Shown here: piece after piece, positions 12,101 through 20,909 of the stretch | How positions within the stretch are numbered: position 1 is the first letter of the stretch | Layout of the letters: each line of letters begins with the position of its first letter | Source: a virus | Length of the DNA: 64,000 nucleotides | Virus record (IMG/VR): IMGVR_UViG_3300028025_002046 | Location: 1 to 64,000 of that record | Reading direction: 5' to 3' (one strand) | Notes under the pieces: generated by a model | What the model saw: only the letters and a program-made list of their open reading frames with translations | Database searches by the model: none | What the model was told of the DNA's origin: nothing | Made by a program: the position numbers and the translations under genes

Positions 12101-14656
12101 TTCTGCGAACTGTGCCTTAACCTTGCCGCCTGTTGAGGAAGCACTTCCGCCCATCTTAAGATCATTAATAGACTTATTAATAACTCCGTAGTCAGCGAAT
12201 AGATTCTTTGGTCTCCAGTTTTTAAACGATCTTGATGCTCCAAATCCAATGTCTCTTGATGTTGTGTCCTCGTTTAGGTGAGAGGCATCGACTCCAAGAT
12301 AATTTTCTCTGATTCTCTGCTTTTTGCTTTGCTCACTATTAAGATCGATTCCCATTTCGGCAGCTAGACTTTCTAGTATTGCAAGCTCTTCATCTCTGCC
12401 CTGCCATTTCATGTCTCTTGACTGTTTCCTAATTGCATCTGGTGCAAACTCTGTCTTGGTCTTTTTCTTTAGCCTTGCACCAAGTGCTCTTTTGCCAACG
12501 CTAAATCCAGGAATATTTCCATCAATAAGTGAGTTTACTAGGTCTGGGTATTTGGCAACATTCTTTGCAGGAATAATGGCTTCTCTATTAGATACTCTAG
12601 CAATAATAGAATCTGAGGTTCCAGTTCCAGGACCACGGATAATTCCACCATTGGCAAATTTCTTTGTAGGTCCTGCTTTACCCTTGCCACCTGTAGCGAC
12701 AGGCATTAATCTTTGAGATGCTAGAACAGCTCTTTCGTATGCTGAGGCAAGCTTGTTTACAGAACCTGCCTCTACATTAAATGTTTGAATAAGTTTTCCA
12801 TGAACCTGGTCAAGAGAGGCGGCAACAGCCTTAGCCTTGATCTGCTCTTCTGTCATGTATCGTGTTTCTTGTCCCAGGATTTCAGACGACGTTTGAACTC
12901 TATTAAACATGCTCTTTAAAGCAGCAAAACCTTTAATAAGGTTGGCAAAGCCGTTGGCTACAAGACCAAAGGTCATTAGCAATACTGGACCTAGACCTGC
13001 AACAATGCTAGTAAATCCAACTATAAATGTTTTTGTTCCATCACTAAGACCATTAAATGCTTTTAGTATACCGTTTACCCAGTCAATAATTGGTGTAACA
13101 AACTTCATAAATGCTTCACCAATTGGTGCTAATTGAGTCTGGAAGTCTTGAATTGCTTTTTGGAACTTGTATAGTGGTGAAGATGATAGCTGTCTAAGTT
13201 CTCGTGCTGCTAGAGCAGCCAACTCTATTGAAGACTTTTGAGCAAGCTGTGCCGTTGTTGCTGCTTGGCTAGAATCACTTGCAACGTTTTTCATCAGAGT
13301 GGAGATACGAGCAAACTGGAACTTGCCGAATAGTTGCTCAATCGCTTTTGCACGGTTTAGAGGATCTAACTTGTCAAGTGCTTTGGCAAACTCTGTTACT
13401 GTTCCACGAACATCTCCCTTGTTTGTTTTAACAATCTTTTCTAAGTTAATACCAAAACCCTGTAGCATTTGTTTTGCTTTACCTGTTGGATTAATCATTG
13501 CTGCAAGACCAGACTTTAGTGCGTTAGCACCTTCGGATGCATTAATGCCACCTTCACGCATAGCGGTTAGGAAGAATGCTAAGTCTTCTACGTCTCCACC
13601 AAGTTGTTTAATAACTGGACCAGCTTTTGGAATAGCGATTGTGAGGTCTTCGATGCTTACTGCTGTCTGGTTTTCTACAGCGTTTAGGAAGTTAATCTTT
13701 TTACCGAGATCTTCTGCTGCTGTTCCAAATGTATCTGTTAGACTAATAGTAGTTTGCAATGCTTGCTGTTGTTCTACCTGACCAAGTACGGCTAGTTTCG
13801 AAGCCTGTTGTACCTGACCAAGAAGGTCTGCACCAGTCTTACCCATTGCTGCAGCCTTAGATGCCATCTCCATGGTATCGCTAACTGCAAGCCCATACTT
13901 TGTAAACTCACCAGCTAGTCTTCTAATACTTTCAGCCATGGCATCTGTGTCTTTAGCACTTGTAGAGAGATCTCCGTATACACGCTTAAAAGAAATTATT
14001 TGCTTTTCCATGTCAGAGAAGGCTTGCATTGCTTTACCAGCAAAAATTCCCAAAGGAATTGTAAAACCAACCATAAGCTGACGACCAGCCCACTGAGTAT
14101 TCTTACCCCAATTGAGCATCTGGGTTGAACCCTGCTTTAGCAGTTGATTGAGAAGTTGCTGCTTCTGTGCAGCAATAGCAGTCTTGGTCTGAAGGTTGTT
14201 CATGTCAAGAGCAAGTGGTCTTACCTGAATAGCCTTCATTGCACCATTGGCATCACGACCTAGTTTAATGTATTGTGTTTGTAAACTCTTTACTCGCTCT
14301 ACCGCAACTTTTTCAATAGTTGCAAATTCTCTAGCAAAACTTCTACCAAATGATTTTGATGCTCCACCTGCATAACGGAAATACTCACCCATTGTGAGCT
14401 TGTTCTTTTCAAGTGCGTTTGTAAAAGACTCTGCAGTTGTTTTTACTGTGGTCATGCTGGCAGCGAATTTGCCAGTCGCATTAATGTTGTCGATTAGTGA
14501 TCTCTGTACCCCAGCAGCCTGTGCTCTTTGGGTTGGACCAAGCCTGGAGAGTTGTGTATGAAGGGCTGACAATTCACTCTGCAGGGCTTTAAGACCTGTC
14601 AGAGCTTTTGATGTGTCAATATTTAAGCCAATATTAGCCTGTACATCATCAGCCAT
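6140..14656 (-). CDS. tape measure protein with internal cargo domains
   Basis: 2838 aa; TP901-type TMP core (AGPVIKQLGGDVEDLAFFLTAMREGG..GANALKS); three copies of the (GPGTGT)SD.IPAML..GE.V motif; follows tail chaperones. Confidence 0.92.
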   Translation of the reverse strand: MADDVQANIGLNIDTSKALTGLKALQSELSALHTQLSRLGPTQRAQAAGVQRSLIDNINATGKFAASMTTVKTTAESFTNALEKNKLTMGEYFRYAGGASKSFGRSFAREFATIEKVAVERVKSLQTQYIKLGRDANGAMKAIQVRPLALDMNNLQTKTAIAAQKQQLLNQLLKQGSTQMLNWGKNTQWAGRQLMVGFTIPLGIFAGKAMQAFSDMEKQIISFKRVYGDLSTSAKDTDAMAESIRRLAGEFTKYGLAVSDTMEMASKAAAMGKTGADLLGQVQQASKLAVLGQVEQQQALQTTISLTDTFGTAAEDLGKKINFLNAVENQTAVSIEDLTIAIPKAGPVIKQLGGDVEDLAFFLTAMREGGINASEGANALKSGLAAMINPTGKAKQMLQGFGINLEKIVKTNKGDVRGTVTEFAKALDKLDPLNRAKAIEQLFGKFQFARISTLMKNVASDSSQAATTAQLAQKSSIELAALAARELRQLSSSPLYKFQKAIQDFQTQLAPIGEAFMKFVTPIIDWVNGILKAFNGLSDGTKTFIVGFTSIVAGLGPVLLMTFGLVANGFANLIKGFAALKSMFNRVQTSSEILGQETRYMTEEQIKAKAVAASLDQVHGKLIQTFNVEAGSVNKLASAYERAVLASQRLMPVATGGKGKAGPTKKFANGGIIRGPGTGTSDSIIARVSNREAIIPAKNVAKYPDLVNSLIDGNIPGFSVGKRALGARLKKKTKTEFAPDAIRKQSRDMKWQGRDEELAILESLAAEMGIDLNSEQSKKQRIRENYLGVDASHLNEDTTSRDIGFGASRSFKNWRPKNLFADYGVINKSINDLKMGGSASSTGGKVKAQFAEKLQTISTSLDMDPKEVDSIAKKIFKGGHVVTQKQRAVAEKIMGLAVENATTPLEKFKYTGAQRILKRRAKGKFYNQEEIAKRGYTFSEESNRRYQDQAVSSVSRELANAEKSERDEFLKTAASKQGQRQTEVAEGKKQIEATRRSTKAKKETAQADESVAKSSKETAKEYLTRAREERKLNKKLTVKQKRVLAEYDAIQAQAAEKRRATIANKRSKSQAQEANMLRLYGTVDPTQEQIQAVRDQKKIDEKARKAKGAERKASMNKKPSLFGFGKASQNRRTAGAAKYVGGMRGFGVGTGIAMAGGLAASVIPDQNVANMVGIGAQVAGVASMFPKLALGIARFLPGIGIAVTALTGLAFVVDKLGEAERQRAKSIKAQAKAANMSKEDKSFFGDFFGKATTSSYISSITATADQGITDPMSMAASEMRKSEDFKKNYKEIIDELKTASTDNANLLISNLSLGLSKDFAKDEISVIVKALQDEAGRTDINLQFAVVDVTTDVGRQAAQKAVEDSLAMLKSFSSQTYTESSIIRDLYVANEQAMLAGVNVTPIDNISPVSALDMLPQYRMQDAYKQFLEIKGGIQGKLEESMAAGDDTAIAKYSGYLKQVNTNIENFLKNNPAFTDALSTASGSISSTFDALESALDRGDITMTQYQDRVNELINTVSRSDQGPLLVETLIRQLSVTNPEIAKTISGIKSVRGQLAGVLALASGANVEKVLALINAIKSAETLGLPTNKLEADLQALIGNIPAAEKVVPPPGDGENPRITAANKKIDKYQAGIDLIAIAEEKINKKYDKRIEALDKVQELNDQISQQQRDQLDLADALSRGDIGAAASAAQTMRANEQNLQIQRQRDNLDAARRMELDAVTDPLGRTRSYLEGKIAVLEEQIAKINFWAVNKKPKNAATGGMINHYRPGGSVMGPGTGTSDDIPAMLSNGEYVIRAKAVKALGVDTLDRMNHAEKFGIGGFARRFAKGGKVVPRNARMADRADRIRQGLLPGPVVDRSDKKKLSKFRLGEHKASLFYNVPNVKTNEGMTPDYFNYDGNYKEVSALPGAIYNSFTDSYEPTNAFREIGPGKYAFHSAQDAFVYYKVLMQNRRKLESFIKGPANDYREKDFISIEGAHNFTQQELIQNRTYGPWNGLDQKEAKTFAKSIKSLYGPAAFDSIWKSFGLDDSLLSDKPIKLDKEQKRIEKIIMDGHIYPTLSNNTSTRLHFADGGIVERLRAFRNNERKKFIQPSKSASLLLPQMLKRTKLAARTTQDALMSMIAGDGRYKNAFETGSGEDFKDVNENSRAKWTRLNMEADALGIPKSAKPQARPTYGSLVTDSKILESLNRTLGGKTGKRFNLVSDINSDQLDRYGDISLITKNRVKNRSTFYTGDTLETYARNGLFGRDNFGPVPISGKKSDILKRAALDRLNMRFGTNKIGENAYSINNKPRYFETQTPGGFTLDEIAKIRVHSSDDAARDVFNELRNSGIKTKVYGPSGRVRGGMLSGLLRTLGRIGGPEGMFLADALLGTSSMGMPNLPGQSRSPFASGAYAMGGMVGKYADGGRVGPGSADADEKWTMAEYIKRPLTLHNSTQDMARKRIDNLISRNKLSIPAGSSILRVANTHDAKALSLLKPGQSAILDQFLSITTPNQKADIGNGTFVDFVEGMRDGTINTGGRYYDPSNKSPLIKFNVKSDVPGILDMNPLLDSPESNVVDGLLARGQVIKLRKVSTAKDGSKTYHIDLDSKNKASLGLNEILWGSERAETYRKIRNEEKNGEIDKARGYSKSSSPQSFLEDIQRRRTYEAAPGIDPTSPNMWKSVSKLFSRFGRAFSVLGGPEFAAISDYLFGTSYLQEMTGMDFRNPLGSKGFQTFDSEGRPTLANGGMVSKIKPSYFNAGGYASGTDTIPAMLTPGEFVMSRSAVQNFGVDNLKAINSGQALQSASANSQTSVGDSVYNSNSYSISVNVSSASDPNDIARTVMAQIQRIDAQTTRSNRY

Positions 14657-14682
14657 TCATAAACACCTCTTTACTTATTTTA

Positions 14683-14997
14683 TTATAGGTTAGGACCTAC
14701 TGAACCAGTCATGTCGATTCCTGAAGCGGCTTCGATAATCTGGTATACGGTTGGGAGGTCTACTAGATCTTCCAATCCCTTTGCATCGACCACTAGGTCT
14801 GGTGCATACTGCTTTAGTGCAATGCCAACACAGTCGATCAACAGGTCCATCGACTTGTCGTTATCTTCTGCTACTGTTGCTAGTCCATCAAACTTCTTCA
14901 TAAATTCACGAAGTAGTGAGATCTTTAGTGGACGAGCTGATAATTCTGTTCCGTTGAGAAGTGTAATCTTCTTCTCTTCATTTACGGTTACTGCCAT
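14683..14997 (-). CDS. tail assembly chaperone (short, G-like)
   Basis: between major tail and TMP; SD AGGAGG; paralog of N-terminus of 15041-15727. Confidence 0.7.
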   Translation of the reverse strand: MAVTVNEEKKITLLNGTELSARPLKISLLREFMKKFDGLATVAEDNDKSMDLLIDCVGIALKQYAPDLVVDAKGLEDLVDLPTVYQIIEAASGIDMTGSVGPNL

Positions 14998-15022
14998 GAT
15001 ATCCTCCTATAGGTTATAGTTT

Positions 15023-15031
15023 ATTATACCA
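15023..15031 (-). promoter_or_regulatory. extended -10 promoter TGGTATAAT
   Basis: upstream of the short chaperone gene. Confidence 0.6.
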
Positions 15032-15040
15032 TAAATGATT

Positions 15041-15727
15041 TTACCATTTTTCGTAAGATAATCCATTACCAATACCAAAGCCAGCCTTAGCAGCGTTAGC
15101 ACCCTGTAGGGAAACAATGTCATTTGGATCTCCTGTTTGTCCTTTACTGAATACTCTAGCCTTCATTGCTTCCCATGGATTGTCTTCTTCTTTGCCAGAT
15201 TGAGCATCTAGGTCTACCCCCTGGATTGCAGCAAAAAACTTCTTTTCCTGATAATCTAGCTCTCTTTTTGCTTCAAGCGTTGCTGTTAGTTCTGGTAGCG
15301 ATAGCGACATTTCTAGTTCGTCATAGTCTTTCCAGATACCAATAAGAAACGCTTCGGACTCTAGTTTTGCTAAATCAAACTTATCCCAGGTATTGTCGCT
15401 ATTAACAGCTTGTTCTTTTACTGGCTCATCTTTCTTGCTTTCGTCAATCTTGATACCTGCTGCTGCATCTACTATCTTATAGATTGCTTTAATATCAAAG
15501 TTATCTTCTACGTCATCTACAGTTTTAAATGCTGGATGATATTGCTGCATTGCAATCTGTACACACTCAGTTAGTTGTGATATTGCTTCCATGTCGTCCT
15601 CTGACGTTTTTACAGATTGAAACTTTTGCATAAATTGTCTTAGGTATTTAATCTTAAGTGGTGCTAAAACTATCGTAAGACCATCTACTGTGTCTACGTA
15701 TTCTACTTTATATATATTAGTTGCCAT
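15041..15727 (-). CDS. tail assembly chaperone (long, GT-like)
   Basis: G-like N-terminus plus T-like C-terminus (GIWKDYDELEMSLSLPEL); leaderless, TGTTATACT 6 nt upstream. Confidence 0.7.
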   Translation of the reverse strand: MATNIYKVEYVDTVDGLTIVLAPLKIKYLRQFMQKFQSVKTSEDDMEAISQLTECVQIAMQQYHPAFKTVDDVEDNFDIKAIYKIVDAAAGIKIDESKKDEPVKEQAVNSDNTWDKFDLAKLESEAFLIGIWKDYDELEMSLSLPELTATLEAKRELDYQEKKFFAAIQGVDLDAQSGKEEDNPWEAMKARVFSKGQTGDPNDIVSLQGANAAKAGFGIGNGLSYEKW

Positions 15728-15741
15728 TAGTCTAGTATAAC

Positions 15742-15771
15742 AAAAACTACCCCCACCGAAGTGAGGGTAGT
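15742..15771 (-). terminator. intrinsic terminator after major tail gene
   Basis: ACTACCCTCAC-TTCG-GTGGGGGTAGT followed by T run. Confidence 0.85.
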
Positions 15772-15794
15772 CTTATCACTGTTTAGTTATTTGG

Positions 15795-16478
15795 TTAGAC
15801 AGCTGTTGGCTTGCCTGGGGCGTTGCTAGATGCGTTGTTTGCACCGTATGTACGGTCAACGATCTTACCGTATGAGCCAGTGTCGTTTGGAAGTAGTCGG
15901 AATGATACCTCAAACATAGTTGCCTCATCACGCTTCGCAGAGATCGTTACGTTCTCAATTGAGAGTGCACGATACGCTACGTAGATACGCTCAATTTCGT
16001 TGCCTGGTTCGCAGTCTCCTGATCCAGGACCAACTGCAACTAGACCACGCTCTACTGGGCACTCGCCTAGCTGACCTGCTGAGATATCTAGAACGTCTTC
16101 TCCGTCGAAAGCTCCTGTAGTAGGAATGCTTGCGTCAGAATCTGGACGTGCGATAGCCAATAGTAGGTTTTCTAGTGTAGCTTCAGCGAAAGCAGTGTTC
16201 AGGTTAACCTGCATACCCTGCTTGTATAGCTTTGCCACGTCAAGAACCTGATCAACTCTAACCTCACCGAAGTCAGGCTGGAACTGAAGCTCTAGACCAT
16301 TCATTGTATAACCAACGTTACGGAAGTCCGCATCGTTTGTTAGTGTGTGCTTGTAACTCTCTGTTGGAGTTGTTGGCGTTGGAAGATCGTCTTCAATCAT
16401 TTCACCACCGTTGAACGTAAATAGAGCAGCTGCACCAACGATAATGTTCTTATTTGAACCACGTGTGTAATTTGCCAT
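15795..16478 (-). CDS. major tail protein
   Basis: NIIVGAA / VGYTMNGLELQF / FAEATLENL motifs of actinophage tail tube proteins; position; own terminator. Confidence 0.85.
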   Translation of the reverse strand: MANYTRGSNKNIIVGAAALFTFNGGEMIEDDLPTPTTPTESYKHTLTNDADFRNVGYTMNGLELQFQPDFGEVRVDQVLDVAKLYKQGMQVNLNTAFAEATLENLLLAIARPDSDASIPTTGAFDGEDVLDISAGQLGECPVERGLVAVGPGSGDCEPGNEIERIYVAYRALSIENVTISAKRDEATMFEVSFRLLPNDTGSYGKIVDRTYGANNASSNAPGKPTAV

Positions 16479-16546
16479 TATTTTTCACCTCTTTTCATAA
16501 AATAATGGGTGTGTTTCCTCTTTATAAGTATAACACTCATTTTGAA

Positions 16547-17071
16547 TTAATCTTGATTGACGATGTGGTAGTCAAACTCTACAATCATCTTGTTACCGCC
16601 ATAGGTTCTGGCTGTTCCAAAGTCGATAATATCTCTGACTTCCTGTAGCTGATAAAGCTTAAAATTGTGAAAATAGAAGTTAGGCTCTAGGGTTTCGCCT
16701 TCTACTATAATGGATCCTTTTTCTTTGCACCAAGCATTTAACTCTTCTGCGGTTTCATCTGCTCTGTCCATCAGACGTAGCACCTTTTCGGTAACCTTAA
16801 CCATATTAATAATTGAGTTTTCTGCAGTTGCATAGAAGTAGTAAACAAGTTGCTCGCACTTGATGTGTGGGAAAGGCTTTCTACGCATACGAATAAGTCT
16901 GTCGTATGTACACATTACACCACCTACTGGAAAGTATTCTGTTAAGTCATTAATTGTAGATGGGGTGGTTGGAAAAAATGGCACTGTGCTAAACCCCAGG
17001 TCTTGCAACTGCTCCTGCAGGTATGCGTTTACCCATAGGATTGGCGTATTTAAAATTGATGTTTGACTCAT
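16547..17071 (-). CDS. tail terminator / neck protein
   Basis: synteny upstream of major tail gene. Confidence 0.5.
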   Translation of the reverse strand: MSQTSILNTPILWVNAYLQEQLQDLGFSTVPFFPTTPSTINDLTEYFPVGGVMCTYDRLIRMRRKPFPHIKCEQLVYYFYATAENSIINMVKVTEKVLRLMDRADETAEELNAWCKEKGSIIVEGETLEPNFYFHNFKLYQLQEVRDIIDFGTARTYGGNKMIVEFDYHIVNQD

Positions 17072-17748
17072 AGGTCTATCCTTCCTGCGTTACTTATCCA
17101 GCGATACCCTGCCTTGTAGCCAATAGACTTTCCAGCCTTTGAGCCAGTTGACAGGTATCTTTTGAAAAGTGACATATCTTTAATACTATCAGATATTCCA
17201 GTAACTTGCAAGAATGACTGGTTAAAGTATCTGTCAAAGAACATGTTAAATGTTTCTTCGTATCCGTTTTGCACGGCATCTCCACCTGGGTTCTCTATGT
17301 ATACTGGATTCTTTGTAAAAACTTTTTCTCCGTTGTCGTCAAATGCTAGGACGGAAGCCCTCTTGGGTCTAATAACTACTGGGATGCCGTTTTCCATAAT
17401 CCTAGCCTTGTCGTAAAACGGTGTTGACGAACCAGCCTTTACTGAAGAAGATTGTCTGAATGATGAGTTTATGCTAAGACCAGAGCCAGTTGCTGTATAC
17501 TCAATGTCGAATAGTCTTGCATCTGGTGAGCCAGTCTGATACCATTCGTATACGTGATGTAGCTTCTGTGGATCCATTCTGGCATTTAGGTCTATAAAGT
17601 CTTTTAGCATCTCTACTGTAGTCTTACCAATATTATCAATCATTGCTTGCTTACCAGCTTTGGTTCCGTCTAGAAAGCCAATTGAATAGTTTATGACATT
17701 CTTCATTTCATTCATAAACTGCTTGTCGTCAAACTTGATTGTTATCAT
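17068..17748 (-). CDS. neck / tail completion protein
   Basis: synteny; KARIMENG motif. Confidence 0.5.
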   Translation of the reverse strand: MITIKFDDKQFMNEMKNVINYSIGFLDGTKAGKQAMIDNIGKTTVEMLKDFIDLNARMDPQKLHHVYEWYQTGSPDARLFDIEYTATGSGLSINSSFRQSSSVKAGSSTPFYDKARIMENGIPVVIRPKRASVLAFDDNGEKVFTKNPVYIENPGGDAVQNGYEETFNMFFDRYFNQSFLQVTGISDSIKDMSLFKRYLSTGSKAGKSIGYKAGYRWISNAGRIDL

Positions 17749-18188
17749 ACATCTACCGCCTGGTTTTCAGATCTACGGATAACAACGTTGTAGTATTCTG
17801 TTCCACCAAACGGACCGACAATCGGAGTGCTAGTTGCAATCTCAAAGATAGTTGACTTACCAGAACGAATTCCTGCAGACTCATTGTAAATACTGTTACC
17901 CTGAGCATCTCTAATGTTTGCCAAGACTACGTTCGTCATTGAGTATGACTCATTTTCTGATTGAGTTAGGTCGTTTCTAACTCTTCCAATAAGAACTGTA
18001 TCGATGCTTATGTTTGCGTTTGTGGTGATATCTTCTTTGTATTTTCTACCTGCTGGTCCGAAGAAACAGGAAATGGTTCTGTCTAGGACCCATTGCTTTT
18101 TAAGATTGCCATAGCCACCAACCTCAACGATTGGATAATAAACGTCTACAAGTAGTGGATAAATAAAGTCTGTTGATTCGCATAGCAT
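17745..18188 (-). CDS. head-tail stopper / closure protein
   Basis: synteny, size, beta-rich. Confidence 0.55.
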   Translation of the reverse strand: MLCESTDFIYPLLVDVYYPIVEVGGYGNLKKQWVLDRTISCFFGPAGRKYKEDITTNANISIDTVLIGRVRNDLTQSENESYSMTNVVLANIRDAQGNSIYNESAGIRSGKSTIFEIATSTPIVGPFGGTEYYNVVIRRSENQAVDV

Positions 18189-19342
18189 TATAGAATTCCT
18201 GGCTTGAATACATTACCCTTGTAGTTATCAAGGATTCTGTCTACCATCAAGTTTCCAGTGCCTCCTAAAAATGCTGGTGCGAATTTAATATCGAACTGAT
18301 CGGTATTATATTGAGTAACAAATCTCTTCCAGTATTCATTGCGTCCACACTTTAGGTCGTCAATAAGCATAATTGCTGCTTGCTCTACATCTGGTGGAAC
18401 AGCCTTATAGCCTACGTCAAGAATAAAGGTGTAGTCATACCCATTTGGGAATACGCTTCCTTTTCTGCCATAGAATCCTAGGTCTCCTGCACCAACTGGA
18501 ATTCTTGGGGCAGCACTTTCTAGTCTATTAAATGTTCCTGTTTGTCCACGATAGATTGCTGAGTTATCTAGTGTAATTGCAAATGTTGTGTCCCAGATTC
18601 TTTGTACCGTTCCAAACTCTGTGCCAGGTGTGCTGTATGTGTCAAGTTTGATTTTGAACTCTGTTGAATTTTCTACTGAGTCTACTTTGAAAGTTCCATT
18701 AAGAATTTCTGGTGTAAATCCAGAAAATGTGATGCTGTCTCCTACTGCAAAATTATGTGGGGCAGTTGTCACGATTAGCGTATAGCCACCTGGGTTAGAT
18801 GATGCTGTGTCTGTTACAGAAAGAGCTACATCTTCTCCGTTATAAACAAGAACGTTATTCTCATATGCCTTTAGGACTCTCTTGGCATTATGCCAAATTG
18901 GGAAATAGTCTGTTCCCTGACCTACCTGCATAATTACCTGCTTGTGATTATAGAACCCTTCTCCTGTTGCAGAATCATTGCTAAGATAAGCATCCATCAT
19001 TGCTCTTGCAATAATTTCTAGTCTTTTATATTCTGCAATCTCTGATGCAGTTGTTCCCAACATAGATGGGTCTACATATGGTCTATAGACTGTTAGGTTT
19101 GAATCAATTACAATTTCTCCAAACAAATCTGTGTCATATACCCTGAAAACAAAGTCTCTGTCAAACTGAACCTTTGCTCTTGGTAGAACATATTCTATCG
19201 TAGAACCTACTGAAGACGTTACCTCGGTAGTTTCAAAAGAGTGGTCCACTACATCCTCAACGTAGATTACATACGTGTGGTTAGCCTCTGGTACGTCCCA
19301 GGTGGTTGTAATTGGATATGGTGGTAACCTTAATACTTCCAT
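18188..19342 (-). CDS. head-tail adaptor with inserted beta domain
   Basis: GY..VPPDVEQAAIMLI and TG..MVDRILDNY motifs; internal TTAPHNFAVGDSITFSG insert. Confidence 0.7.
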   Translation of the reverse strand: MEVLRLPPYPITTTWDVPEANHTYVIYVEDVVDHSFETTEVTSSVGSTIEYVLPRAKVQFDRDFVFRVYDTDLFGEIVIDSNLTVYRPYVDPSMLGTTASEIAEYKRLEIIARAMMDAYLSNDSATGEGFYNHKQVIMQVGQGTDYFPIWHNAKRVLKAYENNVLVYNGEDVALSVTDTASSNPGGYTLIVTTAPHNFAVGDSITFSGFTPEILNGTFKVDSVENSTEFKIKLDTYSTPGTEFGTVQRIWDTTFAITLDNSAIYRGQTGTFNRLESAAPRIPVGAGDLGFYGRKGSVFPNGYDYTFILDVGYKAVPPDVEQAAIMLIDDLKCGRNEYWKRFVTQYNTDQFDIKFAPAFLGGTGNLMVDRILDNYKGNVFKPGIL

Positions 19343-19683
19343 TAGTTGCCGATGGCTCCTCTAATTTCTTCTGGTGTTGCTAATCTAACGTGAATACGCT
19401 TTAGCCACTGATCAGCCTGATCTTTAGGCATAATATTGTATCCTCTTGATACCTTGCCAACACCTTCCCAAGAAGCTGATCTAGTTGAATAGACAGCTAC
19501 CATTCCAAGGTCTTTGGACTCTTCTTTTTTCTTGGCTGTCTTTACAGGCTTTTCCTCTGCGACAACTTCTTCTGTAGAAGCTTCTTCTACCTTTACTTCT
19601 TCTGCGATTTCCTCTACAACGGCTTCTTCAGCGATTTCTGTAGGTACTTCTGCAATGATTTCAAAATCTTCATTAATAGACAT
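19342..19683 (-). CDS. hypothetical virion-module protein, acidic N-terminus
   Basis: SD AAGGAGG and TATAAT upstream. Confidence 0.7.
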   Translation of the reverse strand: MSINEDFEIIAEVPTEIAEEAVVEEIAEEVKVEEASTEEVVAEEKPVKTAKKKEESKDLGMVAVYSTRSASWEGVGKVSRGYNIMPKDQADQWLKRIHVRLATPEEIRGAIGN

Positions 19684-19716
19684 GATATCCTCCTTGTCCT
19701 ATTATACATCATAATT

Positions 19717-19752
19717 AAAAAGTAAGAGGGCAGGAACTAGTCCTGCCCCCTC
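19717..19752 (-). terminator. intrinsic terminator after capsid gene
   Basis: GGGGCAGGA/TCCTGCCCT stem then T run. Confidence 0.75.
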
Positions 19753-19774
19753 ACGGAGTTTCTCCTTAGAAAGA

Positions 19775-20872
19775 CTACGAAGCCGACTTGGTTGCCCAAG
19801 CGATAGCGTCTTGCTCTTCCCAGTTGATTCCAAAGCGGACGAATACAGTGTATTCAATTGTGTCCTTCTTTGGAACGTAGAAACGGTTGACGGTAATGTC
19901 ACGCTGGAAGCCCCAGATACGGTTCTGTGGGAATGTAAGATCTACATAATCCGCAGGGTAGTAAGGAACTTCTAGCACTGGAATACCTAGTACACGAGTC
20001 TGACGAGCACCACCAACGGTCTGGTCAATTCCTCCTAGGTACGAACCACGAGCAGCCTCAGTCGAACCAATCGAATCCCAAACTGTACCGTTGTTCTTTA
20101 CAATGTTTGCAAAGGTATCGGTTCCAGCGTAGAACTTTAGTCCTGTCTGTAGTGCACGGTAACGACGTGGCAAAGCTAGGATTAGCTTCTGCATGTCGTC
20201 TACGGTCCAATCGGCACCTGCGTCAACAACAGCTTCGTGAGCGAAGTCGTCGTTCTGCACCTTGTCGATGAATCCAGGCATAATACCTAGGAATGCGTCC
20301 TGCGAACCCGATGCACCGTTGATCGCTAGATCTTCAATGTCGTTACCAAAAGCAGTAGTCATAAGACGTACCAAGTGGTCCTCAAGAGCACCTCCTTCAA
20401 TATTGTCCTCTAGTGCTTCTGCTGAGACTTCCCAGTCAAGGCGTAGCTTCTTTGTAGTAAGCTCAACCTTTGAGAATGTCGCACCAGCGTTGGTGAATGA
20501 AGCATCACCTTGGTTTGCTGCACGTACGACACGCTCACCTACGTTAACTTTTTCAAGTTCCATAGTGTTTGCTCGCATAGTCACACGGCGACCGTCATTG
20601 GCGAGAGTAGTTGCATCCCAAACATAGTCGATAAATCGACGAGCTTGCTCAGGACGTAGGATACCAGCACCTTCGTAACGTGGGTTTTCGGTATAAGATG
20701 GGTTAACTGCGTTTGCACCAGTTGTTAGACCTAGGTTTGCATCTCCTGTAGTTTCTCCAAGATACGCAAAGGCTGGGTCAGACACACCACCAATACCACC
20801 TGCGAAAGCTGAACCATCCGCATTTGGATAGGTAGCATTCGAAGGATTGTTTTTCTGAATTTCTTCTGACAT
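19775..20872 (-). CDS. major capsid protein (HK97 fold)
   Basis: GILRPEQARRFID, KKLRLDWEVS.EALEDNIEG, FGNDIEDLAING; start placed at ATG 20872 after SD GGAGGTG. Confidence 0.92.
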   Translation of the reverse strand: MSEEIQKNNPSNATYPNADGSAFAGGIGGVSDPAFAYLGETTGDANLGLTTGANAVNPSYTENPRYEGAGILRPEQARRFIDYVWDATTLANDGRRVTMRANTMELEKVNVGERVVRAANQGDASFTNAGATFSKVELTTKKLRLDWEVSAEALEDNIEGGALEDHLVRLMTTAFGNDIEDLAINGASGSQDAFLGIMPGFIDKVQNDDFAHEAVVDAGADWTVDDMQKLILALPRRYRALQTGLKFYAGTDTFANIVKNNGTVWDSIGSTEAARGSYLGGIDQTVGGARQTRVLGIPVLEVPYYPADYVDLTFPQNRIWGFQRDITVNRFYVPKKDTIEYTVFVRFGINWEEQDAIAWATKSAS

Positions 20873-20909
20873 ATTGTTCACCTCCATGAATTTTTTTATT
20901 TTGTCTTGC

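Noticed and set aside
14997-15727. Programmed frameshift joining the two chaperone ORFs
   Set aside because: The long ORF comes first, the ORFs are separated by a promoter and SD, and no slippery site lies at the junction.
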